The notes beneath the pieces were generated by a model. The model was not told the origin of the DNA and did not search any database. It saw only the letters and a list, made by a program, of their open reading frames with translations. A stretch of 63,994 nucleotides of DNA, filler included, from Phoronis australis (Eukaryota > Animalia > Phoronida), in assembly GCA_002633005.1 (NCBI GenBank). It is 8 parts of 8 records of this genome, joined end to end, with 100 filler letters (N's around TTAATTAATTAA, not from the genome) between each part and the next. Parts side by side here need not be neighbours in the genome. Positions count along the whole stretch, not along the records: positions 40,283 to 43,936 come from NMRA01002916.1; positions 44,037 to 50,944 come from NMRA01002093.1; positions 51,045 to 57,089 come from NMRA01002237.1; 5 more parts are not named here. The stretch is one strand, 5' to 3'. The translations under genes and the position numbers were made by a program. This document shows positions 40,393 to 51,984 of the stretch, piece by piece. Every line of letters starts with the position of its first letter. Position 1 is the stretch's first letter.

Positions 40393-40645
40393 TTACTGAA
40401 CCAGGCCTTCACCGTAACATCTCCTGTGACTGGAGTCGAAACACGAGTCCTCAAAGTGGGCAAAACACAGAGTAGCCCCGGACCGAATCGCTTGGTCCAC
40501 GATGAGGTCCCACACTCTCGTTCGGCGCACGAAGCGATGCCACTTCTGCGCAACTTCGGTGTCCTTCGGAACACCGAGACGTTCTCTGCCTGGCTGCTGT
40601 TGCTGCAGCCTCCGGCAACACATCTTTTGATCCCTCTACGAACCT
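40393..40645 (-). pseudogene. Frameshifted THAP zinc-finger remnant (transposon-derived)
   Basis: KRCVAGGCSNSSQAENVSVF /frameshift/ PKDTEVAQKWHRFVRRTR...LCFAHFEDSCF then stop: full C2CH plus P, W, F signature. Confidence 0.8.
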
Positions 40646-43517
40646 TCTCGAAGCTAAATGTACTTTGCTTTCACTTCACTCTATACACTTTGTCTCTGAT
40701 CCGAACAGTATGGCGAACGACTTGGGTTCAACCCATGACGTTGTACATAATTATTATTTTTTCAATTTTTGCGTGTTTCTTTATGAGCTGTGCACTAAAA
40801 GCACTGAAATCAAGTAAGATATAATAATAAAATTTATTTTGAGGTACTAGAGTCATGTTGTGTACACTTTAAAAACATTTGTCAATTTCTAACTTACTTC
40901 ATATTCGCATTGTCGCTATATGCTGTTTTTTAACTAATTTGACCAAGCAATCACAAAGATGACGGATTAGTACTAGACTGTGTTTGACTCGCAGACGAGA
41001 TTTATTTCTGACGCTGATGTGGAGAAAATTAGAATGCCTGCGGTACATAGACGCGACAGTTACAAAAATTGCACAACGAACCAAAAATGAAATTCCCTTT
41101 AAATCCCTCTCGCAGGACAGCATGGATTTTTTGATGCCGAAAATTTGTTAGCTTTAAATTTCTGTTTAGGGTCATCTAAATAGATTGGGAAGAAATAACA
41201 CACTGTAGAGTGGACAGGGCTTGACATCAAAAAGATATTTTTAGGTTGCCACTTTCCCAGTATTTTCTGTTTCATTTCGAGTGAAATTGCCGAGCCGGTC
41301 TTGGAATTGGGTACTTCGTCCAATCGTGTTCACAGTACGAAGTTGAGTAGTGGGAAGTGATCACTTATAGTTCATGATTTCCCAAACCAGTTTGATGCCG
41401 GATATTCAGAGGAGAAAACTGGTTCTCAAAATGCGTCGTTTCCTATCTGAGAGATAACAAATTAGGTACAAGTACGTTTCGCCACACAAATATGATTAAT
41501 TTTTTTTCGTATACTGGCGGAGGAACTTGCGCTTTCTAAGCCCACCTGAAACTTTATCAGTTTCATTTTGGTTCCAGTCGTTCTTCAAGGACTTCAGAAT
41601 ACTTCAGAAACGAAACCATGGCCATTTAAGTAAAACTTCTCTTCAACAGGACGTCGAGTCAGTTTCTTTTTCGAAGTAAACACAATCGCTCATTGTTTGT
41701 TTAGAATTTCTGGCATTGCAGTGAATCATGGCAAGGAAATTCACTTTCATGAAAAAACAATAGTCAAGACGGAAGTTGTGTGAAAAATATCGACGTTTAA
41801 TGCAAGCGTTTAAAGACGCAATCCTCACTGTTAATATGTATATAGAAATGAGAATCGAAGTAGGCCTTTTACTTTCATAAAGCAGGTCTCACACTATTTT
41901 TTGCGGTTTCAGGATTTTATTCTCAGGAGGGGCATCGAACCCATCTCAAAGTTTATTGGGGTTGGCCGATCCTAAATTACAGATTCGAAAAGCGCGCATA
42001 AGAATCGTCTGTGAATTGAGTTATCGATCATTCGGCAATAGTTTAAGATTTGGTGAGCGTGGTAAAGTTTTAAACACCAATACACTTCAGTTAAGAATTC
42101 AACATGCACAGCTTAACGCTAGGGTGAAATGCTGCTTTAAAGTCATGTATGATCTTAAAATGTCCAAATTTGGCTAAATCTGGAACATCACATCTAAGAA
42201 AGAGCTGATCAGAAACTTTCTGATATCATGCCTTATGCAATGTTATCCAAAAAGCTGTTAGGTATTGTTTTTTCAAAATATTCCACTTTTCATGACGGAC
42301 TGTCAAAAACATAACTCTTATAATTTACATGAAATAACTTCCATCATTAAAACCAACGACACGTAATGATTTTAAACATGCAACAGCGTTTTAGACCTCA
42401 TATTTAAAATCATTAATACCAAATGTAATTTAAAATGAACGTAAATTAAGTGGATCAATGAATGAAAAAATAAAATCTGTGGGAATCTGAAATCTATAGT
42501 TGTTTTGAGGCAGTCAGCAGTTGCCCTGATTTTAATCGTTTGATAAATTTTTAATTTCATACTGCAGATGAAAAAACTTTGAACCTTTTTGTAAAGAAAA
42601 AGAATAAATTTTTCCAACCGTCGAATTAGGCCAAGTTGTTTACTCACCCCTTATCCCATGTATGGTCCTAGAGGCAGCTCTGTAGGTGAGTGTATTGTTG
42701 GATATTTATGATGTCCTTATATTATATACCGAAAATTGTTTTCACGCAATGTGTTTGGCTAACGACTCTCGCGTTTTTAAACTATTGTCACTTTCGGTTA
42801 AAACTTCCTAAAACCGAAGGTGACTATCGGTTGGTCTATTCAAATTAACTTTTAACCTATATACATGTGTAGGGTCTGCTACAGGTAGGTGTAAATGATT
42901 TTTGAGAATCAATTGGAAAATCGAAGTCAGTTACCGGGTACTAAGAATTGTATTATATTTTCACCAGTTTAATCAGTGTTTCATTTTCAATATGGTCACC
43001 ATTGTTATACTTGTTATGGTTTGCAGCAATGCAGTCAAAAGTTTCTAATTTGTCAATGAGGGTAGTTCAGCGGCATTCACTAGCACTTTGGGGTCTCGAT
43101 CAATATACGTGCCATTTTATTTCACAGTATGTACTAAAATTCGTGCTTTCTTTGAATGGAAAATGAAAGGTTGAGTGTCACTGACTATAGATTCATAACA
43201 CATGTACGATCGCTAACTACCTACTATAGAGTGTAAAAGGACGACATACTCAGTATACCAAAACAGTCCGGATCGTCGTGTTCCCGTGGAAGACACTCGC
43301 GAGTAAAGATAATGTAATCACGTGCTCAACTAATGCGTTGCAGTCATAGACATCACATATCTCACAAACACATGTGATCTTGCTTCTCTCGCAAGAATAT
43401 TGTTCTACAGAACAGAGCCTTGATTATCGGAACTGATTCAATACCTTCCGTGCAGATTACATTCAGATTCAACCATCCATTTGTAATTGTCTATATCCCG
43501 GAGTTTGGGTTTCTAAG

Positions 43518-43930
43518 TCGGGTTGGATAAAAAAGTCCCAAATAGGGACACGGATGAGTTCCTTCAATCTACTGCGTATCTATGGGCTTGTAAAAACAAT
43601 GACTGTCCTTTCATATGCTGTTTGAGTCTCATCACTTAGTCAATTTTAGCTTTGATACAAATCGAGAGTGAAGTCTACTGTGAATTCTCAATATTATTGA
43701 AAACAGGTTCTTGGTTTCTTTTCATGCAACGCCCCTAATTTAGATATTAAGTCCTTCATTATTTTGACTGAATTTAGGGCTCAGTTTTTAGTTATATTGT
43801 TAGGAAATGTCATTAGTGAAAGAGGAACTCACGATAAAGATAAAATTAGTTGCATCTCTAAAGAAAGATACGCACAAGATTTAGGGAACTTAGTCGACTC
43901 CTTATTTGGGACCGTTTCATGCAACCGGGC
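43518..43930. mobile_element. Harbinger-like MITE, inverted paralog of 24150-24573
   Basis: gtcccaaataggga ... tatttgggaccgtttcatgcaaccgggc. Confidence 0.7.
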
Positions 43931-44221
43931 GCTGTANNNNNNNNNNNNNNNNNNNNNNNNNNNNNNNNNNNNNNNNNNNNTTAATTAATTAANNNNNNNN
44001 NNNNNNNNNNNNNNNNNNNNNNNNNNNNNNNNNNNNCCCCGTAGATCCGCCTCTGTCTGAATTGGGATCTCACACTGTTTCTAAGATTGGTGAAGCTATG
44101 TAAGAAATTCCTAGTGATTTTCAGCAAATGGAATACTATAAGATATGTATTCATTGAGACAACAACTGCAAACCACTAGTGGTATATTACAACATTATTG
44201 ACCATAAAATGAAAATTTAAT

Positions 44222-44639
44222 AGGGCCGTCCCGGATTACACAGCAACACTTGAATCTTGCTGTATTTACCCACAATGCTGTATTTACCCACAATGCCGTA
44301 AGCATCCATCAGGCACATTTGCTGCCTCATTTTCATGGCACTGCAGTTTCAGGTTTTATTCGTCGATGTCTGACTCTTTACAAGTTTTTCTTCATTGCAT
44401 AACTCAGTTGGTCCTTCCAATGCCAACGAAGTATTACTGCTGTGCCATGGGCAGCAACTCTGACACAAGAAAGTTTGATAAACTGGACAAAAACCCGTGG
44501 ATGCGTGATCTGAAATTCTTCGCCTTCCCGACATCAATGAGAGACACGAAAATGTGCCCGACTTCCAAAACGAGGTCAGGGGCTTTCTTATCTCCGGGAC
44601 AAAGGAGAGTTCTATCGGTGGGTAATCCGGGACGGCCCT
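44222..44639 (+). mobile_element. ISL2EU-like deletion derivative retaining the N-terminal half of a THAP domain
   Basis: Perfect inverted repeat tagggccgtcccggattac with AT at both junctions; internal MPTKYYCCAMGSNS...KFFAFPT. Confidence 0.7.
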
Positions 44640-44666
44640 ATTCCACTTGAATATTGCAAAGCATAC

Positions 44667-44779
44667 CTTGAAGTCAGTTAAATCTGGTACTATGAACTCT
44701 GGAATCATTTCAGGTTCCATTTCGAAGTGCCCAGGTACTTTAGGATAGTCTATCACGAATCCGGTTGCGTTGACGCCAC
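44667..44779 (-). CDS. MRPL41: Mitochondrial ribosomal protein mL41, internal exon
   Basis: xGVNATGFVIDYPKVPGHFEMEPEMIPEFIVPDLTDFK matches the mL41 EMVPEFVVPDLTGFK motif; ttctAG acceptor and GTatgc donor. Confidence 0.85.
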
Positions 44780-45036
44780 CTAGAACAAATCAAATAGCAT
44801 ACGTAATTCATTTAGAATGAAAGTCACCATCGGCCCATTCCTGACTTCAATTTCATACCCGTGATCACCCATCAATGAAGATGGGAGTCAACAAGTATGT
44901 CATGCACACCTATAGCATACGCCAGATCACTCATTTTGGAGAATAAATAATTTGAGCAAGGATATAACACAAGGAATGCAGAGAATATGACAGTATTGGA
45001 ACATAGGACTCACACATGTCATCTCTACAACCTTCC

Positions 45037-45481
45037 TAGACAGTAACCACCGTCTCTAGCTGGCCCCTGTAGAGATGGTGAAGCTCCTATAGGGGCTTTA
45101 TATGCAGGATGCTTTTCGGCAAATTATGCCTGACACTGATTAAAACACCAAAGTCATGTGGTATAAAGTGTCCTGTTCAAGAAAAGATTGACATGCACAA
45201 AGGTTGTAGACAGTAACCACCGTCTTAAGTTGTTATAAGTAGCTCCTATTTTTACCGCGCCCGGCACTTTTATTACGGGAGTATATGTTTGAGTTGTAAG
45301 GAATTAATGACACGGATGGCCTCCTAAAGTGTCTCTCTATGCGCAAAAGGTACTTATAACAATGTGACTTCAACGTTTTAATCAGTGTGAGGCATTCATA
45401 GAAAAACTTTCAGCATAAGAAGCTCCTATACAAGCTTTACCATCATTACTGGGGTCAACTAGAGATGGTGGTCATGGTCTA
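45037..45481. mobile_element. TAG..CTA foldback family member (older subfamily)
   Basis: tagacagtaaccaccgtctctag ... ctagagatggtggtcatggtcta; flanks caaccttcc / caacaaacc (possible decayed 9-bp TSD). Confidence 0.7.
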
Positions 45482-45590
45482 CAACAAACCTGCATGTCAA
45501 CCTTTTCTTGAACAGGAAGTTGAATACCTATCTTGGTAAATCAATTTGTAACACTCAAACACGGATGCAAGTAGTTGTGAACAGCACTAC

Positions 45591-46035
45591 TGTAGAAAAT
45601 TTCGTGATGACCGGGACTTGAACCTGGGTTGCACGAGCGACAGTCAAGCATCTAAACCATTCGGCCAAGAGGCAATTGCCACTTGGCAAGCGGCTTAGAG
45701 AGGCTTTATCTGACTGTACGTGTCGTGACAACCGGAAGTCACGCTTCACAACACTACTCCCCCTTCCGCGGAACAGGCGCGCTCCCTGGCTTTTAGATCT
45801 CAGCAACACCCTAGCGTGATGGAATTCAACCTCAGCAACGCTCTCTTTTGTGTTCTGAATCCGCCAGTACCAGGTCACACCCTCTCCATCCGCCGCTCTT
45901 TAATATCAGGGTTAGCCGTGGATTTTTCCTTGGTTGGGCGCTAATGTAAATTGCCTCTTGGCCGAATGGTTTAGATGCTTGACTGTCGCTCGTGCAACCC
46001 GGGTTCAAGTCCCGGTCATCACGAAATTTTCTACA
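45591..46035 (-). mobile_element. tRNA-containing miniature LTR retroelement (TRIM) with inverted, truncated 5' LTR
   Basis: TG..CA ends; ctac at 45587-45590 and 46036-46039; PBS-like TAGCGCCCAAC (tRNA-Lys CUU type) at 45933-45943; PPT gaagggggagtag next to the full LTR 45591-45753; A box TGGCCGAATGG and B box GGTTCAAGTCC in both terminal repeats. Confidence 0.8.
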
Positions 46036-46612
46036 CTACCATAACATTTTACATTTTTAATCTCAGGGTCGTAACTGAAGTAGTCAAGAAACAACGGTCA
46101 TTACTCACACAACCAACAAGAGAATTTTTTGGAAGCCAACACCCCTATTAACATAATCAGTTAATATTTCATACAGGAGCAGACACGTAGCGCCATCTAT
46201 AAACAAGTTACGGAACTAAAATTACATTTTTAATAGAGTTGTCAGCACAGTTATTTATCAAAGTTTGTGTGGGTGCTCCCACTGTTGTTTTATCAAGAGT
46301 AGGAATAATTCAAATCCAAGATCCATGCCCGGCACTATATATGAGCATATAAAACAACATCTAAAGATTCATGGCATTTTTTTTAAAATTTAATTGGCAC
46401 GGCACTAGGAATTTGGACAGCTATGAGAAATTCAACAGTGTCATTTATGGCAAAATTAAGGACATTGGCAGCCTCCGGAAGGACCTTTCTATTGTACATG
46501 GATGCTTTGTCAAAACATAATTATCAACTCAATGTGTTCAAGGGTTGATTTGAATTCACGTCATGTACTGTACTGTAGGTTTGGTGTAGTGTCAACTACT
46601 GTACTACAAGAC

Positions 46613-47602
46613 TAGGCAATGACCATCGCCTCTGTTGGCCCGAAGCAGAGGCGATGTAGAGGCTATAGGCGCTCTGTACGCCGGAAGCTTTTCGACGAAT
46701 TTTGCCTCGCACCGACTAAACCATCAAAGTCACGTTGTTATAAATACCTTTTGCGCATAGAGGAACACCTTAGGAGGTTGTCGATGTGTTTAATTCCTTC
46801 CAACTCGAACAAATACTCCCTTTATGAAACTTTTTCTTCCTGCAGTCCCTATTTCAGTTTCCAAAATCGTGAAATCAACTTTTTCATTTTTTTAACCAGG
46901 CCGAAGGTCAGAAGTTGCGGACCTACCGGCGAACTTNAACATTTTCATTTTTTTAACCAGGCCGAAGGTCAGAAGTTGCGGACCTACCGGCGAACTTTGA
47001 AAGCTGAAGTTCCCACCCTTCGTGTACGTGCTGCCGGGAACCAGCCGTGCATTTGCCGTGTTGTTAAACATTAAAATGTCAAATATGTGCACAAAGACTA
47101 TTAAATGTCATATCAACAGCATTTATTTTTATCAAATACAAACAATTATTCATTGAAATACAATCAGTTTCAAGTAACGCCAATTAAAGACAAGTATAAG
47201 TGGTGGCATTTTGGAAACGAACATTTGACTGACAAGACCGCAATGGCTCACCTTTGGCCTATTTAAAGGTTGAGGTCATGAAGTCACATCACCTAGCGAG
47301 CGCGGTAAAAATTGGAGCGTGCGCAGTATAAAAATGGTGAGTTCACGATTTTGGGAAATGAAATAGGGACTGCTCGAAGAAAAAGTTTGATAATGGGAGT
47401 ATTTGTTCGAGTTGGAAGGAATTAAACACATCGACAACCTCCTCAGGTGTTCCTCTTTGCGCAAAAGGTATTTATAACAACGTGACTTTGATGATTTAGT
47501 GGGTGCGAGGCATAATTTGCCGAAAAGCTTCCGGCGTACAGAGCGCCTATAGCCTCTGCATCGCCTCTGGTTCGGGCCAACAGCGGCGATGGTCATTGCC
47601 TA
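46613..47602. mobile_element. Long-TIR foldback element, close paralog of 16802-17746
   Basis: taggcaatgaccatcgcc...ggcgatggtcattgccta with a near-identical internal spacer; no TSD visible. Confidence 0.9.
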
Positions 47603-47756
47603 TTAATAGCGTAGCCGTGGCGTAGGCAATTCAACCTGGCTGGATGCCGCAGCCATAGGGGGCGATAGTATATCCCTCAAAAAGTAACGAATTTCAAAAT
47701 ACATGAAATAAAATCAAATTAAAACATGCGTATATGCACATGGAGTTATAAACAAC

Positions 47757-48303
47757 TGTATTTATAGCCGAGATTACCTGACCCGGGAATCGAACCAGCG
47801 ACCCCCATTAAAACCGGCAAGCGTGCTAACCATTCAGCTAATAGGCAATTGCCCGTTAGCGAGTAGCTAACAGAGGCTCATATGATTCACTGAAAGCACA
47901 TCTACAACATTCCCCCCTTCCCTATGGAACGGGCATGCCACCAGGAAGGTGAACACTCAGGATGTCTCGCATACAGGTTATCAACGTCCCTTGGCCTTGG
48001 TACCTTTACCACCACAACACAGGTGAACACAAGGTAGTCTCTCATACAGGTCCTTGACTCCTGGAACCTTCCATGGGCGCCGTCCCGTGGTCTGCGGGTA
48101 CTAGTTGGCAGTGATTCATCAGTAGATCATCCGTTTGCCGTCTACGCCATTTGTAGTAATAGCCGAGATTACCCGACCCGAGGATTGAACCAGCGACCCC
48201 CATAAAACCGGCAAGCGTGCTAACCATTCAACTAATAGGCAATTGCCAGTTAGCAAGTAGCTAGCAGAGGCTCATATGATTCACCGGAAGCACATCTACA
48301 ACA
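47757..48303 (-). mobile_element. tRNA-containing miniature LTR retroelement (TRIM, Helenus-like), complete
   Basis: Direct LTRs 47757-47909 and 48152-48303 with TG..CA; caac TSD; PBS TGGCGTAGACGGCA (tRNA-Ser type); PPT gggaaggggggaa; A box TAGCTGAATGG and B box GGTTCGATTCC in the LTR. Confidence 0.9.
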
Positions 48304-48897
48304 CAACTCATATCATTAAGTCTGGAGACGATTCAGTCAAGATAATTTGAACAAATCGATGAAATTCTGTCGCGGTTTGCTCGAGTTTCTTTTACCAGGT
48401 ACCATTTTGAGGAAGTTACGGGAAGTCACGCATGTTGACGAATAAAAAGTCCAAGGGACACAAATCTTACAAATTTCACCTGATACCTTCTTATGCTATT
48501 TTGCAAGTGTCACGTGCTTTGCTCAGTCTCGTGCTAGGCTTTGCCTAACTCACGTGACTCATTTGACATATTTTGTGGTTATCGCGCGTGTGGTGAAAAA
48601 GTTAACTGCAACCAAAAGAGTGGAGTTGGAATTCTTTGCCAAAATCACCTTAATTCTCACAAACTAAGCTATATATGTATAGAAGTAGAAAGGACCAGTG
48701 ACGAAAGTAAGCGCTTTTTTAAGTGTGGAATGTATTTTTGATGATACGAAAACTCAAAATCAGTGGCCAGATTTGGCCTACCGCCCATTTAAAATACATG
48801 GAACGAAATGCGTACAGAAAGCGATGGGAAGTATTGCAGCCCCTAATCGGCTAACCGAGGGGCTACGTGTAGCCTATTATTACCATAGAGCTGTAGA

Positions 48898-49480
48898 CTA
48901 GATGGCTCAATAGAGACAGTGTAGCTCCTATAGGTGCTTCATACGCCGGAAGCTTTTTGGCGAATTATGCCTCACATGGACTAAAATTTCAAAGTTACAT
49001 TGTTATAAATGCCTTATGCGCATAGAGGGACACCTTAGGAGACCGTCAATGTCTTTAATTCCTTCCAACAGTTCGAACTCGAACATATTCTCCCCGCCAT
49101 TATCAACCGTTTTCTTCGAACAGTCCACCAATCAGTTCCCAAAATTGGTAACTGGCCATTTGTAACACTGCGTACAGCAAGTGGTATGACGTAACATCCC
49201 TGGTGTGTGCAGTGTAAAAATGATCAGTTACCGATTTTAGGAACTGAACGAGGGACTGCTCGAAGAAAAAGTTTGATAACGGGAGTATTTGTTCGAGTTA
49301 GAAGGAAAAACGACGGCCTCCTATTGTGTCTTTCTATGTGCATGAAGTATTTATAACAATGTGACTATGATATTTTAGTCGGTGTGAGGCATAATTCGCC
49401 AAAAAGTTTCCGGCATATGAATCGCCTATAGGAGCTACACCGTCTCTATTGAGCCATCTAGAGACGGTGGTCACTGTCTA
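48898..49480. mobile_element. TAG..CTA foldback element (near-complete palindrome)
   Basis: ctagatggctcaatagagac...gtctctattgagccatctagagacggtggtcactgtcta; arms of ~270 bp with a short spacer. Confidence 0.85.
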
Positions 49481-49602
49481 GAGTAGAGACAGAGTAGAGT
49501 TGTTGAAGACAGTCAATAGTCAGTATCACTGTCTACTACTGCCTGGCCGTGGTGCCGTGCCAGTACAGACGGAGGTCAATCCCATAGGCCCTCCATACCA
49601 TT

Positions 49603-49693
49603 GGCGTCCTTAGCTTCTGATCGTCCCCAATATACCATATATATAGAAGTATTGTATATAGTGTATTGGGGACAATCAGAAGCTAAGAACGCC
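49603..49693. mobile_element. Mini hairpin element (ggcgtcct-agcttctgatcgtcccca TIRs)
   Basis: Inverted ~33-bp arms; paralogs at 62501-62542 and 63078-63147. Confidence 0.75.
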
Positions 49694-49694
49694 T

Positions 49695-49930
49695 TAGACA
49701 GTGACCACAGACTCTAGCTGACCCCATGCTATATTGTGCAGCGCCTATAGCTCTGGAAACCTTTTCACGAATTATGCCTCAGACTGATTAAAACAGCATA
49801 GTCACGTTGCTATAAGTACATAGAGGGACACCTTAGGAGTCTGTCGATGTTTTTAATTCCTTCCAACTCAAACAAATACTCCATTAATCAAACTTTTTCT
49901 TTGAGCAGTCCTTCGTTCAGCTCTCAAAAA
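49695..49930. mobile_element. Single arm of TAG..CTA foldback family
   Basis: tagacagtgaccac...gacaccttaggag...gagcagtccttcgttcag. Confidence 0.7.
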
Positions 49931-50208
49931 TTGAGATTCCCGTTATTTTCAAGGAATGTTGACGTATTCATTTTTGACAGCCAGTTTTTTGGCTAAAAGC
50001 CTAGGTCTACAGTTATTTAAGAAACTTGATCCTTGGTAACAAAGGCAGTCAACTAGTTCCACACTTGTCCTATGTCCGTTTCAGCATTCTTTACATACAT
50101 TTCAGACCAATGTGAAGTGTATATACGACATTCCAACCACCATTCCGTCCATTACATCGATAAACTTTTGACCTCGATTCTTGACCTGTACACAACACTA
50201 CTATCACC

Positions 50209-50587
50209 ATGGGAAACAGCTCGAGTAACGTTAGTGCAAAGATGAAGGAGCAGATCACAAGTGAGACACAGAATGTCTGCTATGAACTTGTGGACATGAA
50301 AGGTGGAGGGATCCTGGTGGAGGCGATGAAACAGGCCAATAAGACAAAGAACTACGCGGAGGTGACAGATCTGATCCACAAAAAGGTGGGACCACTACTC
50401 TACAACAAGGGCCAGGGCAAGAAAGTGCCCATCCGTGAGTTAGTTCTGCGGCGTAATAAGGAACGGGAAACGAGCGATTTGAAAAAGAAACTAAAAGGAA
50501 GTAAAAAGAATAAGGAGGGAGTTGACAACCTGGCGATGCTGGATATGAAGAAGGATGAAGATGGGAACTACATTGGACGGGACATTG
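50209..50587 (+). CDS. nan: TRPV channel, Nanchung/OCR subfamily, first coding exon
   Basis: MGNSSSNVS...YELVDMKGGGILVEAMK...KVGPLLYNKGQG..VPIRELVLRRNKER matches the Nanchung N-terminus; good start context ccATGG; probable donor G/GTatac at 50588. Confidence 0.88.
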
Positions 50588-51045
50588 GTATACGCTTGAT
50601 TTTTACCACAGACATTTTTCAACATTTGTGCATATAGCACAATCGCATTTTGAATACCTTTCACCCAGAAACAAAGTCATTGGTTGATGCGCCAATGTCA
50701 GTGTGTAGAATTAAACAAAATTGAAATCTTTACTAGTCTATTCATTGTTTTTGGAACATAGTGACATTAAATAGAAGTCTCTTAAGCATGTTCTTCTAAT
50801 GTGTGGCTTCATTTTGCTGTAGCATGGCATTCTTGTTCAAGAACTCGGGCTATCCACTGGGAAACTTGTGCGTACAAACTGAAATAGGAAGAATTTCTTT
50901 TTCATTAGGAAGACTTCACCTTATCAATCTTTTCTTGTGATTTGNNNNNNNNNNNNNNNNNNNNNNNNNNNNNNNNNNNNNNNNNNNNTTAATTAATTAA
51001 NNNNNNNNNNNNNNNNNNNNNNNNNNNNNNNNNNNNNNNNNNNNA

Positions 51046-51231
51046 GAGTGGCAACCCAGATATGGAAAGAGATCAAGAGGACGGCCCCAAGCCAGATGGA
51101 GAAATGACATCGTGAAGACGAGAGGTACAACGTGGATTAGAGCGGCAAGAGACAGGACAAATTGGAAGGCATTGTCGGAGGGCTACATTCTGCAGTGGAT
51201 GAACAATGCCTAGAGTCAGTCTGTCAGTCAG
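51046..51231 (+). mobile_element. 3' end of an RTE-clade LINE
   Basis: EWQPRYGKRSRGRPQARWRNDIV...WIRAARDRTNWKALSEGYILQW..stop at 51211-51213, then a short gtca-type tail. Confidence 0.85.
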
Positions 51232-51984
51232 ACAGATGAATGACTTCAAGTGCATCGTTTTTCACCCTCCAAGCAAAAAATCCTGAGCGATGGTGGTTTT
51301 GTTAATTTTGTCAGGCTAATTTTGCCAGATGAAATTCCAAAGTTGTTAGTCATGCAGTTTGACGGTGTTGCCCTACGGTGAAGGCAAAGTTGTTAAAGGG
51401 TGGACCAATTTTTGCAGAGCGTGTAATTTAATTAAGGTTATTTTGCAAAGAGGTGTTGGAGACCTTGTCAACCTGACTTCATGAATATCATCATCAGAAC
51501 TATTAGCTAACATTTCTCTTAAATTAATAGGAAACATGATACCCAGGGCGGTAAAAGAATCTCTTCGCCATAAAAATTGCATTCTGGACACAAGCGTGAT
51601 TCACCAAATTTCATTGAACCAAATTAATACCTGTACAATGAGTTTGTCCCAAGTTGTTTTTTGTTTCTGAAATTGGTCCAATAAAGTCAATAGTGTTTTA
51701 ATGATTCGTTGGAACCATGTCGAGAGAGATCCGTGTCATCGGCATCATATGTGGTGAGCCTATAATCACACGTTATTACTTTGGCGAAACGCAGTGGCCA
51801 TATTCTCAGCATAGTTAATAAACAATAGAGAGACATAGAGTCTCCTAGCCAGTAGGGAGTTCACCGACTAAGGGTCTCCTTGACGACAACCGTGGCCAAT
51901 TTTAACTTACTGCTACGTGAACCCTTATTCAGAAGGCGAACTACATTTATAATTTTTTGTCGAAAATGGAATACGCGAAGTGTT

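Noticed and set aside
45950-46025. Functional tRNA gene (also 45600-45685, 47765-47850, 48160-48245)
   Set aside because: A and B boxes are present but acceptor and anticodon stems pair poorly, and all copies lie inside LTRs
46108-46146. Candidate upstream MRPL41 micro-exon (and candidate first exon near 48395-48480)
   Set aside because: Splice-like signals exist but the frame is ambiguous and there is no clear mL41 motif
46880-46997. ~56-bp tandem duplication inside the foldback element
   Set aside because: Copies are joined at a single N and the duplication is absent from the paralog at 17100; likely an assembly overlap
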